Both the position numbers and the translations under genes were made by a program. Under the pieces are notes generated by a model. It saw nothing but the letters and a program-made list of their open reading frames with translations. It had not been told where the DNA came from and did not search any database. From positions 64,001 through 128,000 of the IMG/VR virus record IMGVR_UViG_3300035190_001334: 64,000 nucleotides of DNA; one strand, 5' to 3'. This stretch comes from a virus. This document shows, in pieces, positions 9,999 through 18,914 of the stretch; within the stretch, counting starts at the first letter, position 1, and each line of letters begins with the position of its first letter.

Positions 9999-10907
9999 TT
10001 ATTTGTTGAAGTATGGTTTAATGTGCAAGTGCAAACCAAACAAACGCTTCAATTGACGGTCAATGTAGGGCAGATTGTTTTGATAGATACCAGCAATTTC
10101 ACTGATAACTGCAAAATGGCGCACAGGCTCGTTGGTTAGGTCTACAGGGTCAGGATACAAACCGAGAACTTCTTCAACGTTAATACCGACAATAGTGTTG
10201 ATAGGTAGAGCTTGAGCAGCGTTAGCAGCCAAAGTCACCGAACGAACACCAGTGGTAGCATTTTCAGCACCGATTGCGAGAATCGTACCTAAAGGAGTGA
10301 GATTATCACCTAAGTAACCAGCTTCAGTAGTTTCGACAACAACTTGACCAGCAGCACCAGAGGTAGTGAAGTACACATCATAGCTGTCGTTAGCGTAGAT
10401 AGTAGCTACAGCAGTAGAACCAACTTGAGCGAAGGTAATGCCAGCAGCCAACAGAGCAGCAGCGTTAGCGGTCGCGAAATCAGCAGCAGCACCAGCACCA
10501 GTTTGAGTAGCTCCTACAGTTGCCGAGTAAGTCACACCACCAATCTTGGCAGTAATAACATCACTAGTAGCAAAAGTGCCAACAAACTTGATTCGAGCGA
10601 AACAGTGCTTAGCGTACAGTACATCGCCAACCTTAAATTGAGAACAAGGGGTCTTCAATGAGATAGTGGGAGAGTTAGTAGCGGTCGCAGCGTTTAAGCG
10701 AGTGCGAGGAAGAAAACGGGCAACTCTTTCGCCAGAAGTGCCAGTAGTAGCGATGAAGCTACCTTCAGGAACTGCGGCAATCCCTTCAGAGTTGAGTTGA
10801 ATATCGGCACTCTTAATTTCAACACCATCAATTGCAACTTTCTTAGCTGCGGCGTTGAAAATGATTGCCTTACCGTTACGGATATATTTTTGAGTTGTTA
10901 AATACAT
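9999..10907 (-). CDS. Head decoration/cement protein
   Basis: Immediately upstream of capsid gene; Ala/Thr/Gly-rich; C-terminal 'GIYQNNLP'. Confidence 0.6.
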   Translation of the reverse strand: MYLTTQKYIRNGKAIIFNAAAKKVAIDGVEIKSADIQLNSEGIAAVPEGSFIATTGTSGERVARFLPRTRLNAATATNSPTISLKTPCSQFKVGDVLYAKHCFARIKFVGTFATSDVITAKIGGVTYSATVGATQTGAGAAADFATANAAALLAAGITFAQVGSTAVATIYANDSYDVYFTTSGAAGQVVVETTEAGYLGDNLTPLGTILAIGAENATTGVRSVTLAANAAQALPINTIVGINVEEVLGLYPDPVDLTNEPVRHFAVISEIAGIYQNNLPYIDRQLKRLFGLHLHIKPYFNK

Positions 10908-10922
10908 TGTGTTTTTTGCTCC

Positions 10923-11834
10923 TTATAGTCCGAAATCCAGACCCATAGCAATCAAGTCGCCCTTAGCAGCTTCTTCAAGGCTAGATGAGAAATTAGCAGT
11001 TGCAACTTCTTCAGCGCTAACAGAGAAGTCAGTGAACTGAGTCACATTAGCAACATTACGCAATAGAGAGTAAGCAAACTCCGACATATTGAGTTGTTCT
11101 TGCAAATCACGCGCACCGTTAGTTTGAGCGATACCAGTAAACTGAGCAACTCGTTGGCGAGGGTCAGAGAAGTTACCGATAAGAGCTTCCTTCATTGCAG
11201 GGGTGATAACACCGTCAACAACGTCTTGACTAACACGGGCGTTCAAATCGGTCAGTGCTTGAGATAATTGTGCTTCAAAGTTAGCTTGAGAGAATTGGGC
11301 TTCAAGAGCTTCTTTTTCTGCACGAAGTTTTTGGATTTCGCTAACTACTGTCTTATTGAAATTAGCTTGAATTGCTGGGTTGTATGCCGCAGCGTAATTA
11401 GCAGCGTCTTCAGTCATAGGTTCTTCTGCGCCTCCTTCAGCGCCTTCTGTTGCGTATTGTGCTTCTAGAGCTTGGCGGTCTTGTTCTAACACTCCATCAG
11501 CAACTTCGATAAGTTTATCCAAGTCTTCTTCGGTAGCATCAGGGAATGCAGAAATCATTGCTTCCAAATCTTCGACATTATCAACGATGTTTTCGCCACT
11601 AATGTAGCCAGTTACATCTTCTTCGCTTAATCCAGTTGCCTGAACGAGAGCTTGAATACCAGCACTGATTGCAGGGGAAGTATCCTCTGGGTCAGTAATT
11701 AGGTCAGCAAACTGAGCTTCAATAAGGTCAAGCAAGAGTTCGCCAAAAGCATTGGTTGGATTGAGTTCGGTCGCTTGACCTTCTCCTTCTATACCAGCGT
11801 CCTGAGCGCCTAAATCTTGTTGTTCTTCATCCAT
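10923..11834 (-). CDS. Capsid scaffolding protein
   Basis: Acidic, coiled-coil, upstream of decoration/capsid genes; multiple AxF motifs. Confidence 0.65.
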   Translation of the reverse strand: MDEEQQDLGAQDAGIEGEGQATELNPTNAFGELLLDLIEAQFADLITDPEDTSPAISAGIQALVQATGLSEEDVTGYISGENIVDNVEDLEAMISAFPDATEEDLDKLIEVADGVLEQDRQALEAQYATEGAEGGAEEPMTEDAANYAAAYNPAIQANFNKTVVSEIQKLRAEKEALEAQFSQANFEAQLSQALTDLNARVSQDVVDGVITPAMKEALIGNFSDPRQRVAQFTGIAQTNGARDLQEQLNMSEFAYSLLRNVANVTQFTDFSVSAEEVATANFSSSLEEAAKGDLIAMGLDFGL

Positions 11835-11864
11835 TTTTATTATTTTCGTTTTTAGGATTAAAAC

Positions 11865-11900
11865 AATAATGCCACACTAATTTCTCAGCATGGCATTATT
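11865..11900 (-). terminator. Hairpin (possible terminator) between cargo cluster and scaffold
   Basis: aataatgcca ... tggcattatt inverted repeat. Confidence 0.4.
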
Positions 11901-11933
11901 TATGGCTTTTTCCCGTAACTGACGTAATGACTG

Positions 11934-13607
11934 CTATTCGATTTCTATAGAGCGTGGAACTGTGTTGGGATTCTTGAATGCGTCTGGATTATCCTTGCGA
12001 CGACTCTGTAAACGTTGGTTAGCTTGATAACGATTGACACCAGCGCCAGCAACTGAACCAACTCCACGACCTACACCAGCACCTAATCCAGTCATACCAA
12101 GTACTTTACCTGCACGACCGACCAAACCTGTGCTTCTTCGTTGCTCTTCTGTTTCATTGATACCAGAACCTTCAAGAGCGCCTAGACCCGCACCAACAGC
12201 AGTACCGACATTAGCGGCATTGATTTGAGGAGATAGATTGCCAAAACGATTTGCAGCACCTCTAGCAACTTTTTGAGCGCCATTAACTAAACCAGTAGGA
12301 ATGATGCCAAACGATGCAGACTTACGGATGCTTTTGCTATAACGAGCTTCGTTTTCTTGTTTCTTTTGTGCCAATTTAGCAGCAAGTAGACCACCACCAG
12401 CAAGTGCAGTACCTCCAACACCGATTGCAGCATATTTAGCTGCCTTATCCGTGTCAAGAACTTTAGCTACAGAGTTAAGCGCATCATGAGTACCTACAGC
12501 CGCTTTAGCAGCCCCATAGTTAACTTTGTCTGCAATACCAAAAGGAAGACTTGCGACAATACGATTACCAGTCACAGAAGCTAAATTACCTCCACCAGCC
12601 TTAGTCGCAGCTTTACGAACCACTTTAGCTGCGGGTTGTGTGATTAATTTGCCAGCAGATACAAGACCTTTATTAATTTGGTCGCCAATGCCAAAATTAG
12701 CTTCTTGTTGACGTTTGAGGAAGTTTGCTGATTTGCGGATTTCTTTATTGAAGTACTTGCCTACTGGCTTGCCCGATTCAATCATCGAGTTGATTTCTTT
12801 TACCCCCATACTTGCAGGTACTTTAGGGTCGCGCAATTTCTTTTTCTGCATCTTGCCGCGCAAAGTTGACTCTAAGCTGACGACTCCAGTATTGTTTTGA
12901 GGGATATATGTGCTTCCGTGTTGGATTAGGCGTTGAATTGTAGCTGGGTCTTGGAAATTTGCTGATTTGCGAATCATTTTACTTAACTCTGTAGTTGAAT
13001 TTACGTTTACTGTGTTTGGTGGGATACCTCCACCTGCTTCTTTTTTCATTCTGACTTTACCAAGCAAACTACCAAAAAATTGCTTAGTAGTTTCTATATC
13101 TTGTTTACCTTTGTTAATAGCTTGGTCAATCAACGGTGTTGGCTCAGGTCGTGTAGATTGACGTAGTAGTTCTTCCGCCATCCTAGCTTCTCTTTGGTCA
13201 AGATTCGGAGCTACAACCTCTTGCACTTTATTTTTTACAGCTTCAACTTCCTTACCAACTCTATTAGCAGCTTTACGAACGCCTCTAGGATTTGCAGCTT
13301 CGTGTTGAGCTACAACAGCCTCTCGTCTTCGTAATTCTAGTTCAGGAGCCACAGCAGCTTTATAACGATTTACACCATATCCAGCCCCAGCACCAAGTCC
13401 AGCACCGACAGTAGAGCTTGTCAGCACCTTACCTAAACGATTACCGACATTAGTAGCTCTCTTTTCTGCATCTGATTCAAATATGCCAGCACCTTGTAAT
13501 AGTCCAAGTCCACCGCCCACACCAGCACCAATTTTCACTGCATTAGGTATGGCAGAAAGAAGTGAGGGAGCGAAGCTGGCTGATTTTCGTAGTAGTTTTT
13601 TAGTCAT
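11934..13607 (-). CDS. Modular Gly-zipper polyprotein, putative internal head protein
   Basis: Four (I/L)RKSA[NS]F junctions plus QEANF; two related glycine-zipper hairpins. Confidence 0.6.
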   Translation of the reverse strand: MTKKLLRKSASFAPSLLSAIPNAVKIGAGVGGGLGLLQGAGIFESDAEKRATNVGNRLGKVLTSSTVGAGLGAGAGYGVNRYKAAVAPELELRRREAVVAQHEAANPRGVRKAANRVGKEVEAVKNKVQEVVAPNLDQREARMAEELLRQSTRPEPTPLIDQAINKGKQDIETTKQFFGSLLGKVRMKKEAGGGIPPNTVNVNSTTELSKMIRKSANFQDPATIQRLIQHGSTYIPQNNTGVVSLESTLRGKMQKKKLRDPKVPASMGVKEINSMIESGKPVGKYFNKEIRKSANFLKRQQEANFGIGDQINKGLVSAGKLITQPAAKVVRKAATKAGGGNLASVTGNRIVASLPFGIADKVNYGAAKAAVGTHDALNSVAKVLDTDKAAKYAAIGVGGTALAGGGLLAAKLAQKKQENEARYSKSIRKSASFGIIPTGLVNGAQKVARGAANRFGNLSPQINAANVGTAVGAGLGALEGSGINETEEQRRSTGLVGRAGKVLGMTGLGAGVGRGVGSVAGAGVNRYQANQRLQSRRKDNPDAFKNPNTVPRSIEIE

Positions 13608-13609
13608 GG

Positions 13610-14971
13610 TTATCCTTGGTATCTATTGCGTCCAGATTCTCTCAAAATCTTGGTTGCATGGTAAAGTCTAGAATTGTCTTGCTGACCAGTTAAAGATTGA
13701 GGAATAGCTGTAGGTGCTTGGTAGTCATTGTAACTACCGATTGACCTTGGTGAGTAACCTACTTCTTCTCCTGTTAAAGATTGGGGGATGCCTACAGGAG
13801 ATTGATAATCGCCGTTCCATTGAGGAGGAAGTGGCAGTCTTTCGGAAATTTTATCGCGTAAATACTTACCGCTTTTTAAACCATATTCTTTGGCTTGACC
13901 ACCGTAACCTTCAGCTTGTTGGCGTAAGCCTTCAAAGTCAATATCAGGTGTTTCGCCCTTCAAAGCCTTGTAAGCAAGCAAACCACCACCAGCTAAACCA
14001 GCAAGACCTGCTCCAGCACCCAGACGTTGTTTAACGGAAGAGCCTTTAATTGCATCAATAACACCAAACTCAGCTACAGCTTGAATATATGCACGTTTGA
14101 ATTGAATATAAGTAGAATTATGTTTACGTGTGAATTTTGTCATGTTTTTGTTGTTTTTGTTAAAGTGAGAACCTAGTAAATAAGATGTAGCACCTGCCGA
14201 AGCAAGACCACCTCCTACAATACCCAAACCTGTTAAAGCGGCATTTTTAGTATTTTCGCGATTCAGATTATTTAAGTCATTATAGTACCGATTTTCGGTC
14301 TTTTCTTGTTCGCTGTTGGATAATCTTTTATATTTTTTTGAAGGCTCTATTCTGTTTTTGAATCGGTCTACTTTATTGAGGGCATTGTCATATTCTGTGT
14401 CTTTATTGGGTTGTAAAGAGGCTACAAGATTACCTCCAGCTAACCCGCCTAATACTCCAGAACCAATTATATTTTTATATTCGACGTATTTAGTTAGTTC
14501 TTCTGGAGATAAGTCTTGAACGTTATCAGGTAAAGAAAAGAAATTAGCGAAATGTTGTTTGTCGCCACTGAAATCGTTGTTAAGACCGTAACCTAATCCT
14601 ATAGCACCTCCAACTGCGCCAGCACCTAAAGTGCCAACACCGATGCCTTTAGCTTTATTAAGCCATCTGCTAACTTCTGCATCTGATTCTCTATTGCGAG
14701 TCGAGTCACCAATAACTCTATCTCTCTGAACTCTGAGCTTTTGTAGCTCTCTTATTTTTTGTTTCTCTGGTAGGTTGCTTTCTAAGAGTGCGCGAGATTG
14801 TTGGTCGTAGTCTACATTTGCATCAGACTCTCTACCTAAAGAACGAGCTTTACTTCGATAATAAGCATCTTCTCCCCACTTGTTACCGATATATTTACCA
14901 ATAACTCCGCCACCAAGAGCTAATCCTGCCCCTGCGCCAACTCCACCTAATGCGTAATCTTCAAAGTCCAT
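13610..14971 (-). CDS. Modular Gly-zipper polyprotein, putative internal head protein
   Basis: Five Gly-rich hydrophobic helices; QHFANF and AVAEF junctions. Confidence 0.6.
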   Translation of the reverse strand: MDFEDYALGGVGAGAGLALGGGVIGKYIGNKWGEDAYYRSKARSLGRESDANVDYDQQSRALLESNLPEKQKIRELQKLRVQRDRVIGDSTRNRESDAEVSRWLNKAKGIGVGTLGAGAVGGAIGLGYGLNNDFSGDKQHFANFFSLPDNVQDLSPEELTKYVEYKNIIGSGVLGGLAGGNLVASLQPNKDTEYDNALNKVDRFKNRIEPSKKYKRLSNSEQEKTENRYYNDLNNLNRENTKNAALTGLGIVGGGLASAGATSYLLGSHFNKNNKNMTKFTRKHNSTYIQFKRAYIQAVAEFGVIDAIKGSSVKQRLGAGAGLAGLAGGGLLAYKALKGETPDIDFEGLRQQAEGYGGQAKEYGLKSGKYLRDKISERLPLPPQWNGDYQSPVGIPQSLTGEEVGYSPRSIGSYNDYQAPTAIPQSLTGQQDNSRLYHATKILRESGRNRYQG

Positions 14972-14975
14972 AGTG

Positions 14976-15908
14976 TTATTGATACTTATTAGTTAATTGT
15001 ACATCATCAGCCTGTTTTTGTTTTCTACGCTCGTCATAAGCTTTCTTAAGTGTGTAACCACCATGAACTAGACCGATAGCATTAGCTGCTGCAACTGTTT
15101 CACCTAAACGACTTTTACCTACGTTTGGTAGTGCAGAAGGAATAGGATGTGCAGCTTGTCTTTCTATTTCTAAGCTGCGACCATGAAAGAACCCATCATC
15201 TCTACCCATTTGCTCCTCTAAAGCAGCACGACGTAAAAACGGTTTAGATAAGTCATCGACAAATTTATATTTGCCTTCTGGCTCTACCTTATAAAGCTCA
15301 CCATCTAAAGCTGCCAACCTACCACCGTCCATTGCAGCGTTAAGAGTAGAGTAGAAATTTTTCTGAGGTAATCCGAATTTATATTTGTAGGTAACAGGCT
15401 CATCGTATTCTCTTGTAATTACTAAGGAGGGGTTGACAACACCCTTTTTAGATAAACTTTCATAATTTTGCCTGATGTTCTTGTCACTAATTAAATCTTG
15501 AAAACTAGGGTATCTTGGAATGTTAGATACATCTACATCCTCACCACTGACTCCAGCAGCGTTTGCCGATAGTATTGTTGGGTGAGTGTGAGCCATTTGT
15601 AGATTCTCAAGACCTCCTAAGTTGTTGGGGTAGCCTTTTACCCAAGGAACTATTCTATCAAGTGGAATTGACGTTGAAATAGCTTCTTTACTCGGAAGAT
15701 TAATTGCATCTTTGAAAGTACGATTACCTAGTGTGTTTATGTAGTTCGCAGAAGTATAGCCGACCTCAGAATTTGGATACTTACTGACTAAACCTCGCAA
15801 ACTATTCTCTGCATGGTCTTTTAGGTTAGGGTATTCATCTACAGATTTACCTGTAAGATTTTCTAGATAGTCGTCCCAACTAATACCAAAATTTACAAAG
15901 TGTCTCAT
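14976..15908 (-). CDS. JAB/MPN-like metalloenzyme domain protein, putative head cargo
   Basis: Start MRHFVNF; AHTHP ... PSFQD motif; C-terminal hydrophobic helix and basic tail. Confidence 0.5.
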   Translation of the reverse strand: MRHFVNFGISWDDYLENLTGKSVDEYPNLKDHAENSLRGLVSKYPNSEVGYTSANYINTLGNRTFKDAINLPSKEAISTSIPLDRIVPWVKGYPNNLGGLENLQMAHTHPTILSANAAGVSGEDVDVSNIPRYPSFQDLISDKNIRQNYESLSKKGVVNPSLVITREYDEPVTYKYKFGLPQKNFYSTLNAAMDGGRLAALDGELYKVEPEGKYKFVDDLSKPFLRRAALEEQMGRDDGFFHGRSLEIERQAAHPIPSALPNVGKSRLGETVAAANAIGLVHGGYTLKKAYDERRKQKQADDVQLTNKYQ

Positions 15909-15910
15909 AG

Positions 15911-17611
15911 TTACAAAGCACCCCAATTTACATTTTTCAATCCTGTTCGCAACACAGACTTAACATCACCATTCAAAGCCGCATCAATAATCCGATTACG
16001 AGAACCGTCATCGATTACATCCCCTTTAGCTTTTGCTATTAATGCGCGACGGAGTTGCTTATCCTTAATTGCGTCAAGAGCAGCAAGTTTTTGTGCCTCG
16101 AACACCTCTTCTTGTTGGTCAGCAGCCTTTTTTCTATTGTAGATACCGTAAAGTGTACCTCCAATAGCTAAGCTTGGGGTAATTAGTGGGTCGAAAAAAT
16201 TTGCAGTATTAGAATTGTCGTTGAATTGTAGCTGAGTACCTACTAAGTAGCCTTCCCTAGCTAAGGAGCCTCCTACTAACCCCCCAGCCATACTAGCACC
16301 TAAATACTTGCCAGTTCTACCTACATTTTGGAAGTACTTATCTCTCAAACTTCCTTGTTGAAGTTTTTTTTCTTCGGGAGACAAGTTATTGAATCTTTGT
16401 AATTCATCTACAAATTCTTGGTTTTGGTTTTTAAATTGCTCCCTAGAAGTGCCAGTCAGTCTTCGTGCGACACTCCCACCAAGTAAAGCACCGCCAATAC
16501 CTGAACCTAAATAACCAGCACCATATAGCAACTGAGCATCTTCAGGAGACATAAACTCAGCAATCTTGCCTTTACTTCTAGAATACCGAGTAGTCTTGCC
16601 TTTTCTTTTCTGCACTTCGGCTTGCTGTGCAGGAGTAAGTCTGTCAAGAGGATTATCCGTAATACCTTGAAGTAAAGGGTTGCCAGTAATATTAGCAGCT
16701 TCGCGAATCAAGTTGTCTGCATGGTATTGAGGACTGTCGAAATAGCTAGCTGCAAAGTCTTGAGCATTTTTATCTTTGAGGCTATTTACCTTGTAGGCAT
16801 CAAGCGCTCTTTGTTTGTTGAGCTTAGATAGCAAACCATACCCAGCAACTAATGTACCTCCGATTGCAGCAAGTGGAAGTGCTTTTTCTTTTTTAATGAA
16901 GAAAGGGTTACGAACACCAATCTTAGGAAATGCGAAGTTGGCTGGTGTAACTAAAGGGGCAGCACTAAAAAAGTTGTATGGCACTCTCACCTGAGTTTGA
17001 GGTTGTTGGGCTTGCGCTTGACGTTGTTCCAATAGTAGATTCCTTTTTGCAATTATTTCTTGTACTTTGTCGCGGTGAGCTTGAGCCTGAGCTTGTTTTT
17101 CTTTCTCTGCTTCTTTAGTTTTATGATTTTGATATAGCAAAGCCCCCGCCGCTAAAGGTGCAACAGTTAAACCTCCAAGAGTACCGACAACTGCTGCCTC
17201 ATTAGCCCCAAATTTATCAATTAATTTGTTAGATACATAATTTACAGCAGGAGCAACTAAAGGGAGATTGCTATTTGCATATTTATCCCGAAGTCTTTGG
17301 GTTTCTGCCTTGGCTACTCTAGCTTTTTTAGCTACTGCTCTATCACCTTGAGCATTTCCGATTTCAGTTGATGTTGGCTCAGGGGCTTTAGGTGGCTCAG
17401 AAGCCCGTCTTTCGCGTTCACGCGCTATTTTGGCGCGTTCCTTCATAACAGCTTCTTCATTCATCTGCTGTTGACGAGATTTTCCTCTGGGGCGATTATC
17501 TTTCTGCTTTCTAAAGAAAGGGTCATTCCCCCAGTTAGTTTCCCTCCCCTCCCTATTGTTAGGGGCGTATTTCTGTTGTCTAGCCGCAAACTCAGCTTTC
17601 AAACTTAACAT
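15911..17611 (-). CDS. Modular polyprotein, putative internal head protein
   Basis: KAEF, PANF, IAEF, TANF junctions, each followed by a module with Gly/Ala hydrophobic helices. Confidence 0.6.
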   Translation of the reverse strand: MLSLKAEFAARQQKYAPNNREGRETNWGNDPFFRKQKDNRPRGKSRQQQMNEEAVMKERAKIARERERRASEPPKAPEPTSTEIGNAQGDRAVAKKARVAKAETQRLRDKYANSNLPLVAPAVNYVSNKLIDKFGANEAAVVGTLGGLTVAPLAAGALLYQNHKTKEAEKEKQAQAQAHRDKVQEIIAKRNLLLEQRQAQAQQPQTQVRVPYNFFSAAPLVTPANFAFPKIGVRNPFFIKKEKALPLAAIGGTLVAGYGLLSKLNKQRALDAYKVNSLKDKNAQDFAASYFDSPQYHADNLIREAANITGNPLLQGITDNPLDRLTPAQQAEVQKRKGKTTRYSRSKGKIAEFMSPEDAQLLYGAGYLGSGIGGALLGGSVARRLTGTSREQFKNQNQEFVDELQRFNNLSPEEKKLQQGSLRDKYFQNVGRTGKYLGASMAGGLVGGSLAREGYLVGTQLQFNDNSNTANFFDPLITPSLAIGGTLYGIYNRKKAADQQEEVFEAQKLAALDAIKDKQLRRALIAKAKGDVIDDGSRNRIIDAALNGDVKSVLRTGLKNVNWGAL

Positions 17612-18630
17612 CTAGCTGTACCTCGTACATACTTCTTGGTTGTGCCAATTGACAAGTTGAACTGAGCCAACTTATTACTACCACGCTTATAAGTAGTTTG
17701 TTGCTGTAATTGTGGAATTGTCATGCCACTCTCAGCACCACCTTGCAATTGAGCCTGAGTTTGTGCAGCTTGGTCTTGCTGAGTCATTACGCCAGCTTGT
17801 GCTTGCTGATTCATTTGTTGCATTAACTGAGTCAAACCGAGCAGTTCGATAATCTTGACACTGAACCCATTTAACTGAGAGTAAATCAATTGCAACAACA
17901 CTTCTGGGCTATCAATGTTAATCGCATCGTTGTCATAAGCATTTTTGAGCAAGAGCCACAATTTCTGGCAAATTTCGTTGTATTCGTCTTGAAGGTCGTC
18001 AATTGCTTGGTCATTAGCATCAAGCTCATCCCAAGTTACTGCGTTGCCACTATCTGGTATTCCAGAGAAGTTAGCGGTCATTGCTTTGCCCACTTTTTTA
18101 TGAAATAGTCCCATGTTAGGAATTGCAGGAATAGGTACAAGGCTGAGTTCCATGATGCGATGTTCGTTAGGGTCAAGGTTAAGTCCCATGCTAACGCTCT
18201 TGACACCACTACGCAATGCTTCAATACCTTTAGCTGCTGCAACCTTTACGCCACTTAAGAACATCCCAAGCTTGCCTACTAAATGCTTGGAATTTTGGTT
18301 TGGTAAATCTGCTTCCGTAATTACTTTTGTGAACGCTCGTCCTGAAATACTTCCAATAGTATTTGGAATATCTTTTTTGTGGTCAGCACAAACAGGTACA
18401 ACTGTGCCGCTATCGATAGCTCGGTTGGTATGCTCAACGATTGTATTGAGACGTTCGGGACTAAATTCGTGTTCAACATCAGTACTATCGGTAAACTTGC
18501 CTTCAGTGGCTACAAGAGCCGTGTACTCGTCTTTAATAGGAGTGCCAGAAACCAACACCTGCCCCAACTCAAAGTTGGCTCTTGATGCTGGGGCTTTAAA
18601 ATAAGCGATATTAGGTGAGGTTTTTTTCAT
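17605..18630 (-). CDS. Prohead maturation protease (Mu gpI-like) with C-terminal helical tail
   Basis: EGKFTDS, ADH, SVSMG and ELSLVPIPAIPNM motifs; first gene of the head operon. Confidence 0.75.
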   Translation of the reverse strand: MKKTSPNIAYFKAPASRANFELGQVLVSGTPIKDEYTALVATEGKFTDSTDVEHEFSPERLNTIVEHTNRAIDSGTVVPVCADHKKDIPNTIGSISGRAFTKVITEADLPNQNSKHLVGKLGMFLSGVKVAAAKGIEALRSGVKSVSMGLNLDPNEHRIMELSLVPIPAIPNMGLFHKKVGKAMTANFSGIPDSGNAVTWDELDANDQAIDDLQDEYNEICQKLWLLLKNAYDNDAINIDSPEVLLQLIYSQLNGFSVKIIELLGLTQLMQQMNQQAQAGVMTQQDQAAQTQAQLQGGAESGMTIPQLQQQTTYKRGSNKLAQFNLSIGTTKKYVRGTARC

Positions 18631-18674
18631 TGTTAGCTAATGCGCTATCATAACTATATAGATACAATCTTAAC

Positions 18675-18914
18675 ATGAACGACAAGTCACTCTTTAACCA
18701 GCAAGTCGGGGATAAGCTACGCCGCCTTCGTAAAGCCAAGAACAAATCTCAGGCTAGTGTCGCCGCAGATTTCTCTTTTGGGCAAGATGTTGTTAGTGAG
18801 ATTGAACGTGGGGTAAAAACAATCAGTGCATTTGAGTTGGCAGCTTTTAGCGCGTATTACGAGAAGCCTATCGTGTATTTTTACATGAACTCGCCTCTAC
18901 CCTCTAAGAAATAA
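18675..18914 (+). CDS. XRE-family helix-turn-helix regulator
   Basis: LRRLRKAKNKSQASVA...VSEIERG. Confidence 0.85.
   Translation: MNDKSLFNQQVGDKLRRLRKAKNKSQASVAADFSFGQDVVSEIERGVKTISAFELAAFSAYYEKPIVYFYMNSPLPSKK

Noticed and set aside
18675-18914. Lysogeny repressor implying a prophage
   Set aside because: No integrase, att site or host genes in the window; lifestyle cannot be called from one XRE gene
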